This document shows positions 37,101 through 50,013 of a stretch of DNA of 64,000 nucleotides, in pieces; the stretch's first letter is position 1, and each line of letters begins with the position of its first letter. This stretch comes from Selaginella moellendorffii (Eukaryota > Plantae > Lycopodiophyta). The DNA lies in assembly GCF_000143415.4 (NCBI RefSeq), contig NW_003314417.1, positions 185,752 to 249,751 of the forward strand, written 5' to 3'. The position numbers were made by a program, and so were the translations under genes. A model generated the notes under the pieces. That model was not told the origin of the DNA and did no database searches. It saw only the letters and a program-made list of their open reading frames with translations.

Positions 37101-38925
37101 CGCTGGACTTAGCAAAGTAGAGCCTTTGCCATGGAACCAAAAAGATACCTCGAGAATGGAGGTAGTGATCCTATGTTGCTCAGTGTGACAATCAATGGAT
37201 AAGAGCAAAAGACTAGCAGCCAAGTGTGGGCCATGGAATTCATTAAAAGGAATCCAAATGGCAAAGTTAGGCATGGAACACTAGTGTGTTGGATGCTAAC
37301 GAATTGTGAGAAAGGAAGTGTGCTTCCAAGGATGGATTCCCAAATGCTCCAAGTTGGCAAAGGTGAAAGCTCCAAGAGAGGGAGCGGCGAAGTAGCCAAA
37401 GGATAGGGTTGTGGATAGCTCTAACACAACTTACGATGGCTGGAACTTGGTGCCAAAAGTGGCATAAAATAGAAAGGAGGACGATGGCGCCCTCAAGTGG
37501 GGAGCTTCCTAGGATGGGAAGTGAAGTTGCAATATGTGCAGTGAAAGGTGTCAAAGACACCAAAGAAATTGACTTTGAGAAGTCAAAATTAAAAAGTTCC
37601 AAAGTGAATTGGTTATGTCAATAGAAGTTGGGACTACTCGAGAATGAGTAGTGGAATTGAGTTAGAGAAGGTGTCTCTAATGGGTTTAGCGAGAACTGAA
37701 TCAATAAAAGGGAGGAAACCACCCCAGGTGGCCAAATGAGTCTCTATGTTGGAGAGACTATGCCCCTTAGAGGATGGACAAGGCATGGTGAGCCTTCGGG
37801 GTCAAACCATAAACAAATCAATGGTTTCCAGAGGCAAGGGGACCATGCACAGGAGCAGCTTGGCGGAAGATCGGGTGTTGGGGACGCTTAGGATAGGGCA
37901 CCCGAGTTAGGTGGGACGCGGTAGGCGCCGAAGTTGGGACTACAGTCTGGGAGGCCCTTGGACGGGCGAGATGGGAGGTATGGCGGGCTTCCGGGGTACA
38001 GGCACTCTGGGAGGCTCGGAACCGCAACCACTTTGAAGGGCAGTGCGCTCGGATTTCAGCGATCATGGCGAATTGGTGGAGGCTCACACTAGCTGCTATC
38101 CGCTTGAGGGATACGCTGCTCCAGGAGCATGGGAAAAACAGGGAGGCACTCACAGCTTGGCGACGACTATGGACTCCGTGCTACGGAACTGAACACGAGG
38201 GGGAGGTCAAGTGGAAATGGAGACCTTCGGACATGGTAACAAAGGAGGCTCGACGTGGCGATCTGGCACTGGATGCACTGCGGAGGCGACGACCACAGCA
38301 ACCACGATTGGAGGGCTGCGATCACTATTAGGTGGAGAATTGCAGGACAGCGTAGTTGAGTGAACAGCGCTAAGGGATTCTTGTTTTTTGTATTAGTCCC
38401 TAAGGGACTTGGAGAAATGTACATATACGTTGCATCAAACCATAAACAAATATTGGCTGGGTGCCAAGGATGGAAATGGTAATACCTGCGGGTGTTACTT
38501 TATAAAAGGGTTTACCGTTCGATGAGAACATCGAACTTCGTCTATGGGTGGTAGAGTTGTGAGACACAAATCCCTAAGCCCCAAAGTGGAGCCGAAAGGG
38601 TGCCACGTGGTAGTGGTCGAAGCAAAAGCCAAACAAGTGTAACACGTTTGGACTAAAAGGCTCCGACTTGAAAGGTTGAGAGCGGGAGTGGAACTCCCAA
38701 CGGAGTGCTCAAGGAACGAGCATGAAGCAGGCAATAAGCAAGGCTCCAAAAAGGGACCCAAAAGGACTAACACATGACACATGGAAGTGTCCGAGATGGA
38801 GTCCGAGATGGACTTGAGTTAGAGTCCGAGGTGGAGTCCAAGATGGAGTTCGAGATGGACCTGAGTTGGAGTCCGAGGTGGAGTCCGAGATGGAGTCTGA
38901 GATGGACCCGAGTTTGAGTCCGAGG
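34115..38925 (+). repeat. Near-identical duplicate of about 29006-33654
   Basis: Offset 5271 over the latter part; only a handful of differences seen; the copies are separated by a gap. Confidence 0.9.
37819..38436 (+). mobile_element. Duplicate of the 618-bp truncated LINE
   Basis: Same sequence and TSD as 32548-33165. Confidence 0.9.
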
Positions 38926-39082
38926 TGGAGTCCGAGATGGAGTCCGAGATGGACCTGAGGTGGACCCGAGTTGGAGTCCGAGGTGGAGTCCGAGATGGAG
39001 TCCGAGATGGACCCAAGTTGGAGTCTTTGGTGGAGTCTGAGATGGAGTCCGAGATGGACCGAGATGGAGTCCGAGATGGAGT
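38558..39082 (+). repeat. Outer family A 3' LTR, 5' portion (remainder at 49935-50013 and 51919-52541)
   Basis: Follows the PPT; breaks off within the hexamer array. Confidence 0.88.
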
Positions 39083-41310
39083 GGGGACGCGACATCGACT
39101 TTCAGTGGCTACCACCAGGGGAGGACACACGCTACCTGGGAATTCAGGTAGGAGGTGAGTTCAAAGCTTCTACGCAGGACTCAGCGCTGCTGCGGAGGAC
39201 CAGAACAGCGATTCAGAAATGGGTGCCACGGAAACTGGGACTGCCGGCAAGGGTGGTGGTGGCGAAAAGCATCGTGTTGCCGAGTACGTGGTACCACCTC
39301 ACAGTATGGCCGGTTCTAGAGACAACACTCAAGCACATAAGGTCCATGGTGCACATGTATGTGTGGAAGGGAGCGCTGGTCAGTGGCCAGACGATGGCCA
39401 AGGTGGCATGGCAGTCGACGGTGAGACCACGAGTTCTAGGCGGCTTGGGGATAATCGACCCAAGTGACATGAGCAAGGCGCTGAGGTACAAAGTCATACT
39501 AATGGGCCTTCAACCGGGGGCCCAAGTTTGGAAGCTCTTGTTTAGGCAGAGCATGCTAGCCATTAGGCCGAAGCACGGATTCGCAAGAGTGTGGGATGAG
39601 GACCCCTGCTGGATGTTCGCGGAGGGCCAAACACAGGTGGTAGGGGGAGGCCAGTTGGTCCAGGGTCTCCATCGGCTCTGGAAGTCATTTCCAGTGACGC
39701 AGGTCATCCCAAACAGGGCAGAGGACTGGCTGAATCAGCCGCTATTTTTCAATGAGTTGTTCAAGGCAGGAGACAGGACACTAGGTCGAGAGAACCACTA
39801 CACCATATGGAGGCAGGTACACCAAGGAGGCTTCAGGACAGTCAAACAACTAGTTGGAGTGGTAGATCCGGATCCACAGAAATCGTCCCGGCGCTTCCAA
39901 GTCTTCGGGCTAGGGAAGTGGCGGGACGTGAAGTGGGATCTACTGAAGCTACTGCGGGCAGTGACAGAGGCACGAACAGTGGATAAATGGCCAGCAAGAA
40001 GACTACATGCTGGGGACTTTGTGGCAATTCAAAGGGAGGAAACGTCGGACGGCGAGCAAGTACCACTTGGGAAATGGACTCGGGCATTCACGATGCCAAC
40101 CCCAGCGTGGAATGAGGGGGAGATTGAGGTGTGGTTTGTGACAGACCCAGACCAGAACCTCAGTAGGCCTTTTCGTGTAGTGAGAGGCGGCACACTCCTC
40201 GAGGTGGGGAATCCCCAACAGATGCCGCAGGTCACGGACGATGAAGTGAAAGGACGAATCCGGGTTCTAAGACAAATAGCAACTCGGACAGAAGTGGTAG
40301 AGTCACCATGCTGGCTAGAAGGAGAGGGACGGCTAGTATGGTGGAGGAAAGAGTTAATAGAAGACCTGGACTGGGACCTAGCAGCGTGGAGACGCGGGGC
40401 GAATGGCTTCTTCACTTACGAGGTCAAGGATGCGCGGAACGGTTTGATGGTGAACAGGGAATTTGAGAGAGAAGAAATCCCACGACTGTGGCAAAAGTGG
40501 ATCGCGCTAGGAGTGGAGGCGGACCAGGTGATTGACAATACCGTGGCGTTCTGGAAACTACCGATCCAGGAAAAATCAAAGGTAACCTCTTGGCTCGTGG
40601 CGACGAATGGGCTGCCAGTAGGCCAGCGATTTCAAGCGGAGAATGCTCGCAAGTGTCCGGAATGCGGGGAACTAGAGACGGTCACACACCTCCTCTGGGA
40701 TTGTGACGTGGCCAAGGAGACGTGGCGGCAGGTAGCAAAAGCGACGAGGGAACTAGGGGACAAGCAGGATTTCGAAATTCGAGAAGGGGATGTCACCCAA
40801 TGGTTTCTAGAGGCAAGGGGACCATGCACAGGAGCAGCTTGGCGGAAGATCGGGTGTTGGGGACGCTCAGGATGGGGCACCCGAGTTAGGTGGGACGCGG
40901 TAGGCGCCGAAGTTGGGACTACAGTGTGGGAGGCCCTTGGACGAGCGAGATGGGAGGTATGGCGGGCTTCCGGGGTACAGGCACTCTGGGAGGCTCGGAA
41001 CCACAACCACTTCGAAGGGCAGTGCGCTCGGATTTCAGCGATCATGGCAAACTGGTGGAGGCTCACACTAGCTGCTATCCGCTTGAGGGATACGCTGCTC
41101 CAGAAGCATGGGAAAAACAGGGAGGCACTCACAGCTTGGCGACGACTATGGACTCCGTGCTACGGAACTGAACACGAGGGGGAGGTCAAGTGGAAATGGA
41201 GACCTTCGGACACGGTAACAAAGGAGGCTCGACGTGGCGATCTGGCACTGGATGCACTGCGGAGGCGACGACCACAACAGCCACGATTGGAGGGCAGCGA
41301 TCACTATTAG
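39083..41310 (+). CDS. LINE ORF2 C-terminal half (end of RT, thumb, zf-RVT CCHC); uninterrupted but lacking its N-terminus
   Basis: TRYLGIQVG, GRVVVAKS-like ARVVVAKSIVL, AKVAW...P..LGGLGIID, CPECGELETVTHLLWDC, LWEARN. The annotated start at 38971 is minisatellite-derived. Confidence 0.85.
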
Positions 41311-41415
41311 GTGGAGAATTGCAGGACAGCGTAGTTGAGTGAACAGCACTAAGGGATTCTTGCTTTTTGTATCAATCCCTAAGGGACTTGGAGAAATGTA
41401 CATACACGTTGCATC
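39083..41415 (+). mobile_element. 5'-truncated L1/Tx1-type LINE (2.3 kb), no poly(A), no TSD
   Basis: Open ORF2 C-terminal half, about 105-bp 3' UTR ending gttgcatc. Confidence 0.92.
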
Positions 41416-41534
41416 GAACTCGGACTCAGACTCGGACTCGGACTCGGACTTGGACTCGGACTCGGACTCGGACTCGGACTCGGACTCGGACTCGGGCTCG
41501 GTCTCGGCCTTGGCCCTTGTCTCGGTCTCGGTCC

Positions 41535-41569
<35 letters not shown>

Positions 41570-42289
41570 CCGGTCTCGGTCTCGACCTCGGACTCCATCT
41601 CGGGTCCTTCTCGGACTCCATCTCGGACTCCATCTCAGACTCCATCTCGGACTCCATCTCGGACTCCGTCTCGGACTCCATCTCGGACTCCGTCTCGGTC
41701 CATCTCGGACTCCATCTCGGACTCCATCTTGGGTCCATCTCGGACTCCATCTCGGGTCCATCTCGGACTCCGTCTCGGTCCATCTCGGACTCCATCTCGG
41801 GTCCATCTCGGACTCCATCTCGGACTCCATCTCGGACTCCATCTCGGACTCCGTCTCGGTCCATTTCGGACTCCATCTCGGACTCCACCTCGGACTCTAA
41901 CTCGGGTCCTTCTCGGACTCCACTTCGGACTCCAACTCGAGTCCATCTCGGACACTTCCACGTGTCATGTGTTGGTCCTTTTGGGGTCCCTTTTTGGAGC
42001 CTCGCTTTTTGCTCGCTTCGTGCTCGTTCCTCGAGCACTTCGTTGGGAGTTCCACTCCCGCTCTTGACTTTTCAAGTCAGAGCTTTTGGTCCAAACGTGT
42101 TACGCTCGTTTGGCTCTCGCTTCGGCCACTACCACGTGGCGCCCTTCCGGCTCCACTTTGGGGCCTAGGGATTTTGTGTCTCACAACTCCACCACCCATA
42201 GACGAAGTTCGATGTCCTCATCGAACGGTAAACCATCTTATAAAGTAACACCCGCATGTGTTACCATTTCCATCCTTGGCACCTAGCCA

Positions 42290-42420
42290 ATATTTGTCAA
42301 TGGTTTGACATTGAAGGCTCACCATGCCTTCTCCATATTCGTCAATGGTTTGACATTGAAGGCTCACCATGCCTTTTGCATATTCCTTAATGGTTTGACA
42401 CCAAAGGCTCACCATGCCTT
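42290..42420 (-). repeat. 45-bp tandem triplication containing the empty LINE target site
   Basis: Unit aatggtttgacattgaaggctcaccatgcctt... three times. Confidence 0.85.
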
Positions 42421-42926
42421 GCCTATCCTCTAAGGAGGGTAGTCTCCCCAACTTAGAGAATGATTGGACCACATGTAGTGGTTCTCTCCTTTTATTGGTT
42501 TAGTTCTCGCTAAACCCCTTAGAGACCTTTCTCTAAGTCAATCCCACTACTCCTTCTCGAGTAGATTCAATTTCCATCTATTGAACGTTTGCACCTTGGA
42601 ACTTTTACTCTTTTGACTTTTGGAAGTCAATTTCCTAGGTGTCTTTAACACCTTGCATTGCACAGATTGTGCAACTCCACTTCCCCATCCTAGGAAGTTC
42701 ATTACTTGAGGGCACCATCATCCTCTCTTTTATTTTGTGCCACCTTGGGCACTAAGTTCCATTTATCATACTTTGTGCTAGGGCTGTCCATGGCCTTATC
42801 ATTTGGCTACTTTACCGCTCCCTCCCTTGGAGCTTCCACTTTCGCCAAATCGGAGCAATTCGGAATCCATCTTTGGAAACACACTTCCTTTCCCGCAATT
42901 TGTTAGCGTCCAACACATTAGTGTTC

Positions 42927-43636
42927 TGTGAGACACAAAATCCCTAGGCCCCAAAGTGGAGCCAGAAGGGCGCCACATGGTAGTGGCCGAAGCGAGAGCC
43001 AAACGAGCGTAACACGTTTGGACCAAAAGCTCCGACTTGAAAAGTCAAGAGCGGGAGTGGAACTCCCAACGAAGTGCTCGAGGAACGAGCACAAAGCGAG
43101 CAAAAGGCGAGGCTCCAAAAAGGGACCCAAAAGGACCAACACATGACACGTGGGAGTGTCCAAGATGGACTCGAGTTGGAGTCCGAAGTGGAGTCCGAGA
43201 TGGACCCGAGTTGGAGTCCGAAGTGGAGTCCGAGATGGACCCGAGTTGGAGTCCGAAGTGGAGTCCGAGATGGACCCGAGATGGAGTCCGAGATGGAGTC
43301 CGAAGTGGAGTCCGAGGTGGACCCGAGATGGACCCGAGTTGGAGTCCGAAGTGGAGTCCGAGATGGACCCGAGTTGGAGTCCGAAGTGGAGTCCGAGATG
43401 GACCCGAGATGGAGTCTGAGATGGAGTCCGAGATGGAGTCCGAGGTGGACCCGAGATGGACCCGAAATGGAGTCCGAGATGGAGTCCGAGATGGACCCGA
43501 GATGGAGTCCGAGATGGAGTCCGAGATGGACCCGAGATGGACCCGAGATGGAGTCCGAGATGGAGTCCGAGATGGAGTCCGAGATGGAGTCCGAGATGGA
43601 GTCCGAAGTCGAGACCGGGACCGAGACCGGGACCGG

Positions 43637-43668
<32 letters not shown>

Positions 43669-44759
43669 TCGGGACCGAGACCAAGACCGAGGCCGAGGCT
43701 GAGACCGAGCCTGAGCCCGAGTCCGAGTCCGAATCCGAGTCCGAGTCCGAGTCCGGAGCCTGAGAGGGTGAAAGCCCAAAGCGTTCGTCTCCTAGACCCT
43801 GGGGGGTTTGGTGAGCTCCAAAAGTATAGTAGGGGGAGGACTGCAGTGGAGCCAGTTTGGCCAGGAAAGGCCAGTTTGGCCCAGGAAGGCCGGACCCAGT
43901 GTTGGGTGATGAGCTGCCCACTGGGAAGTCCAAGACTAGAGTGAACACGGACCGACAAGCGGGGTAGCTTGGTGAAGTGTTCAAGAGCCGGCTCTAGTTC
44001 CCCCGGGAGATCGACTGGCCGATGCTCCCAGTCCAAGTGTGGGTGGCACTACCTACTTGGATACCAGGCGTGGCTCAACGGAACCTCGCTCTAAGCCCAT
44101 GGCTAGAGCACCTAAAGGCGAAAGGTGGGGAGAGTACCCAGGTGGCTCGCGTAAGGCCACGGTGTTCCGAAATGGTGTCCCAAAGTCCCAGACTGTGGAA
44201 AGGAAGAGGGGTAGCCCTCGGGTGGGGTGACCAAGGACACAGTCACACAGTGAGGAAGTCCTCAAGGATAGTGGGACTTAGTGGTCGGGCTGGTGGGCCT
44301 TGATCCAGTGGCAGTGTTGGCGAACACAGCCAAGGACAGAAAGGGACTTGGTGGGGACCGGAACAGAGATATTGGGGAAGGCTATTCCCCATGTCTGTAG
44401 GCATCCTAAGGATGTTAAGGAGTGGATCTGGGATGATCCCTCATGGACGGATGACCCAGTCTTTGAGAGACGGGATTGGAATGCAGGTGGTGTTGGACCA
44501 CCACTGTGACCAAGGTAATTGGGCATGGCCTTAGCGTAACGGGCCGATACGTTGGTGGTACCTTGGGGTGTCTATCATGGGATCGGACACGTGGAGCACT
44601 TGGACCAAGTGCTAAGGTTGAGTGGCATGGATGCCATTCTCGGGGCTAGCAAGCCCCAAGTCCTGAGTTGGACTTATGGAGGTTGTGAATGAGACTCCTC
44701 CAAGTGGTCAGAGGTGTGGTTAAGTGACTAAAGTAGAATGGAAAAATTAGTCGCTTACA
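42927..44759 (+). mobile_element. Family A solo LTR, TSD TGTTC
   Basis: tgttc|tgtgagacac ... gcttaca|tgttc. Confidence 0.95.
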
Positions 44760-45289
44760 TGTTCCTCGCCTAACTTTGTCACTTGGATTCCTTCCAAGGG
44801 ATTCCACGGCCCTATCTTGGCCACTCATCTTTTGCTCCTATCCGTTGATTGTTGCACCAAGCAACATCGAATCTCTACCTCCCTCCTTGAGGTATTCTTT
44901 TGATTCCATAGCAAAGGCTCTGCTTTGCCAAGACTAGGGTGTTCACCCCTAGTAAGTCTCTTTTAGCATCTTCTGCTGTGGGCTCTATCCACGGCACAAC
45001 TTTGTGACCCTCCCATGGGTCTCTTTAGAGACTACTTTCCTTGGACACACTATGCCATCGCAATGACATAGCTCATTTCCCTAAGGTGCTTTTCCCACTT
45101 GGTCACCTTGACTAAGCCACACCATCATCAATAGTTCAAATCAACACTTTGAACTAGGAACCTTATTCTTTAACCCAACCAAGGACCTTGTCCTTATTTA
45201 GCCACAAGATCACCTAGTGATCTCACCTCGGCACCTTAATAGGTTTGCCAATAGGTACTAGGTCTTCTAGACCTTTAACTTGTTAACTA

Positions 45290-45705
45290 CGACCCCGGGG
45301 GCATCCCCCACACTTGGCGGTGCGCCCAAGCCAGCCCTTCCGGCCAAGGGTCCATAGCAACTGAGATTAGGTGTCCCCATCTCACTCACCACGTCCTTGG
45401 TGCCACTTGCACCAAAGCGTTCAAGTTAGATATGCCGAGCTTTCACTCTAAGCAATCTAACCGTGCATCACGACTCCGAGGCATCCCTCGCTTGGCGGTG
45501 TGCCCAAACCAGTCTCCACACTGAGAGTCCATGACCACCGAAATATGAGTGTCCTCATATTCCAAACCATCACCATGCCCTAGTGATTTGGGACTCGAAC
45601 CCAAGCACTAGAGGGTCGGGACTCGAACCCAACCTCCGTATATGCATCTACGGACGGCATCACCCAGGATGCCTGGCGTGACTCCCCACGCCGGTGCACC
45701 AACTT
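45290..45705 (-). other. Hairpin-dense cassette, copy in the inner subfamily
   Basis: Reverse complement contains ggttggg-ttcgagt-cccgacc (45614-45634) and ttggg-ttcgagt-cccaa (45588-45604). Confidence 0.6.
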
Positions 45706-48172
45706 ATACTCAAAGCGCACTATAGATCACAGCTTAGGAACCTAGTTCCTCCCCACTGCCAAGTCCTCTCACTTGACAAGCCTGTGATCATGCATGAACT
45801 CCTCCATGCTTGGCCCCATGGCCCACCCTTTTTGAAGTTATCACCTTCAACTAGGGTATTTGTTCCCCTGACTTGCCAATCTCGCTTTGGCAAGTCCTCC
45901 GACCACTGTAACATGGTTCCTGCACAAGCGTGAAAGCCCTTGATCATCGACTTTCGTTCAAAGCCCTCTCTTTGAACACTCGGGAACTACTTCCCTAACC
46001 TTGATAGCCTTGCCTCATGGCAAGCTTCAAGACCACGCTTCTGCTGCGCCACTCTAATTTCGCGCGTTCCTTAAACCATTTACGCTTGGCCTTTCTAGGT
46101 ACTAAGCTACCTAGAATCCTCTTTGGGAACTTTGAAGGAACTCTGTCCCTTAGCTTGCTAAGGCTTCCCTTTTTGCAAGCTTTCCAATTACCATATAGTC
46201 TAACATGGACAATTCCATATTTTAGACTTTCCATGGCATCACGATTGCTAGCGGCAACACCCTCGATCCCCCACTTGATTCTTCACTCCCAGCTGGCATA
46301 ACCAACCTTGGTTATGCCCTTCAATTCCTATGGTTCGGTTCTATCCCCTTACTTCTTGCTTTTGGCTTCACACCTTTCCTTCGGTCATTCTCCTCCGAAC
46401 CCAGAGGATAGCTTTGCACTTTCTATCATGCCTTAGCAAGTATTCTTAGGGACGAACCTACCCGATAGCCTAGGGAGTGGTTCCTCAATCCAGGTATGCT
46501 CACCCTATAATTCCACACACCGGGATTACGCTGTTGCTTACGTGCATTTACATGCCCATCACTAGCCTTGCCAAAATTCCATTTTTGGCTCTGTCCAATT
46601 CAAGTAGACAGTCTTCTCCTGTCTTCGCTAACTTTGGACATTTGGATAGCACCATTTCTATCCATCATTCGCTAGGGACTTAGTCCCTTGGGCCTTATTT
46701 TTTACCCTCGCGACATCAAACACCACCTCCTTGTGTTCTAGATTGTTCGGGTGTCCCAATGACGGCTTCCTTGATAATGAGTATTTCCTTTTATAACATT
46801 GACTTACTATATCGCAATATAAGCAACTTATCCCCCGTAAGGGTATATCCAACTTCCCTATGCCATTAAGAAGGCTTGGGTAGCTACCTTCTACCCGTTT
46901 AACCAATTATTTTGCACCTCTTGCTTAGTTGCCTCATAGTTGTCAAGTCCTACAACTCATTGCTGGTGCTTCCACACCTCCATCATTATCTGGGTCACCA
47001 CACTCTAACTGCATGCTCTGCAGCTTAGGTTATGCCATTCCCATTTCTATTGGGATTCCTTTGGCAAGGGGTCCTCATAAACCCGCCAACATAGCCTCAA
47101 GGTATCACACCTTGGCACATTTGGTGTCTCCACACCATCAGCTTCACGAGCCTACCTCTATGACACTTCCTCTTTGTGTCTAGGTCTTTGCTAAGACCAA
47201 TACCGCTCTTTCTCATGCCAACCATCGGTTAGCACTGCACCATAGAGGTCACTCACAACTTTGTGTCAAAGTTGTTTTCTTTTTGGGAACACCTTTCCCA
47301 CGACTTTAGCATGACACATTTTGCCATGGATGAGATACCCTCTGTTCTCATGCTTGGATCCTATGATCCCCCCCCCCCCCCCCATCCTTCGTGGAGTACC
47401 ACACACCTCAGTCCAAATGCTTCCATCAGTCCTTTTAAGACCATTCCTTGACTCTACTTGAGTCATCCAGCAGTTTTCGACTTGGTTAATCCATAGACCC
47501 GTAAGGTCCCACTTGTGAGGCACTAGCTCACTGGAATACACTTCCTGCATTCCTGTCCTACTCAGAAGGACTATTTTCACAAGTGTTACTCTGGCACTTG
47601 TTTTTGTTCTCTAGGGCAATCTCTACCCCTTAGGACCACTTGTCCATGTGATGAGAATACCAACTCATCTCTAAGTACACCCCCCAACTCCTTGGGCTGT
47701 TCCAGCATTTATTAAAGGTAGCCCCAGCTACCATTTCAAGGACTTGAGTCCTCTTCCGTATTTGACCTCCCACGGTCATTACTTCTGGTCTCACATTCAT
47801 GAGCACCAACCTCAACTATATGAGGATAATCTTGTGACTCCCTTATTGCTTTGGAGTCTTTATCTTTCCTGTGATCCCAACTTTAGTTGTTTACCACAAC
47901 TACATTGGTCATTTACTGAGTCAAATGCTCATCTGGATCACATCCTCAACTCTTTGAGGAAAACCATATACTGTTCCTAAGATCCCAAAATCGTTCCCTT
48001 ACTGACCCCTTTTCTATCCACCACATCGCGCCCAAGTCACGCATGAACTTGAGTGGAGAGCCATGTCCCCTCGGCATGCTACTCCTTAAGGATAAGCCCA
48101 CTCCTAGGACCTTCCGAAGCCAATATCAATGGTGATATACTTGAGCACCAATAAAAGTCGGACTAAGGAACC

Positions 48173-48184
48173 GCTCCGATACCA
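48173..48184 (-). promoter_or_regulatory. PBS (TGGTATCGGAGC)
   Basis: gctccgatacca aat tgtaagc. Confidence 0.9.
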
Positions 48185-48187
48185 AAT

Positions 48188-49934
48188 TGTAAGCGATTAA
48201 ATTTTCCATTCTACTTTAGTCACTTAACCACACCTCTGACCACTTGGAGGAGTCTCATTCACAACCTCCATAAGTCCAATTCAGGACTTGGGACTTGCTA
48301 GCCCCGAGAATGGCATCCATGCCACTCAACATTTGCACTTGGTCCAAGTGCTCCACGTGTCCGATCCCATGACCGACACTCAAAGGTACCACCGACATGG
48401 CAGCCCGTTACGCTAAGGCCATGCCCAATCACCTTCGCCACACTGGTAGTCCAATACCACTTGCATCACAGTCTTGGCTCTCCAAGACTAGGCAAACCAT
48501 CCGTGAGTGGTCATCTCAGATCCACTCCTTAGCATCCTTAGGATGCCCACCGACGAGGGGAATAGCCTTCCCCAATATCCCTCTGTCAATCCCCACTAAG
48601 TCCCTTTCTGCCCCTGGCCGTGTTTGCCAACACTACCACTGGATCGAGACCCACAGGCCTAACCACTAAGTCCCACTGTCCTCTGGGACTTCCTCACCAC
48701 ACGACTGTGTCCTTGGTCACTACCCCAGAGGACTGCTCCTCTTCCTTACCACAGTCTGGGCCTTTGGGACAACATTTCGGAACACCATGGCTTTACGCGA
48801 GCCACCTGGGTACTCTCCCCGCCTTCCGCCTTTAGGTGCTCTAGCCATGGGCTTAGAGCGAGGTTCCATTGAGCAACGACAGGTATCCAAGTAGGTAGTG
48901 CCACCCACACTTGGACTGGGAGCATCGGCAAGTCGATCTCCCGGGGGAACTAGAGCCGGCTCTTGAACACTTCACCAAGCTACCCCGCTTGTCGGTCTGT
49001 GTTCACTCTAGTCTTGGACTTCCCAGTGGGCAGCTCATCACCCAACACTGGGTCCAGCCTTCCTGGGCCAAACTGGCCTTTCCTGGCCAAACTGGCTCCA
49101 CTGCAGTCCTCCCCCTACTATACTTTTGGAGCTCACCAAACCCCCCAGGGTCTGGGAGACGAACGCTTTGGGCTTTCACCCTCTCAGACTCGAACTCGGA
49201 CTCGGACTCGGACTCGGACTCGGACTTGGAGTCGGACTCGGACTCGGACTCGGACTCGGGCTCGGTCTCGGCCTTGGCCCTTGTCTCGGTCTCGGTCCCG
49301 GTCTCGGTCTCAGTCTCGGTCTCAGTCTCGGTCTCGGTCCCGGTCTCGGTCTCGACCTCGGACTCCATCTCGGGTCCTTCTCAGACTCCATCTCGGACTC
49401 CATCTCGGACTCCATCTCGGACTCCGTCTCGGACTCCATCTCGGACTCCGTCTCGGACTCCATCTCGGACTCCGTCTCGGTCCATCTCGGACTCCATCTC
49501 GGACTCCATCTTGGGTCCATCTCGGACTCCATCTCAGGTCCATCTCAGACTCCATCTCGGACTCCATCTCGGACTCCACCTCGGACTCTAACTCGGGTCC
49601 TTCTCGGACTCCACTTCGGACTCCAACTCGAGTCCATCTCGGACTCTAACTCGGGTCCTTCTCGGACTCCACTTCGGACTCCAACTCGAGTCCATCTCGG
49701 ACACTTCCACGTGTCATGTGTTGGTCCTTTTGGGGTCCCTTTTTGGAGCCTCGCTTTTTGCTCGCTTCGTGCTCGTTCCTCGAGCACTTCGTTGGGAGTT
49801 CCACTCCCGCTCTTGACTTTTCAAGTCGGAGCTTTTGGTCCAAACGTGTTACGCTCGTTTGGCTCTCACTTCGGCCACTACCACGTGGCGCCCTTCCGGC
49901 TCCACTTTGGGGCCTAGGGATTTTGTGTCTCACA
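48188..49934 (-). repeat. 5' LTR of the inner family A element
   Basis: tgtaagcg ... gtgtctcaca. Confidence 0.93.
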
Positions 49935-50013
49935 ACCTGGTGTGGCTCAACAGAACCTCGCTCTAAGCCCACGGCTAGAGCACCCAAAGGCGGAAGGCGG
50001 GGAGAGTACCCAC

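Larger units (their letters stand above)
41416..49934 (-). mobile_element. Inner family A element (second subfamily) inserted antiparallel into the outer 3' LTR; its 3' LTR is truncated
   Basis: 5' LTR 48188-49934, PBS 48173-48184, internal region 42186-48187, PPT about 42187-42199, 3' LTR remnant 41416-42185. Confidence 0.9.
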
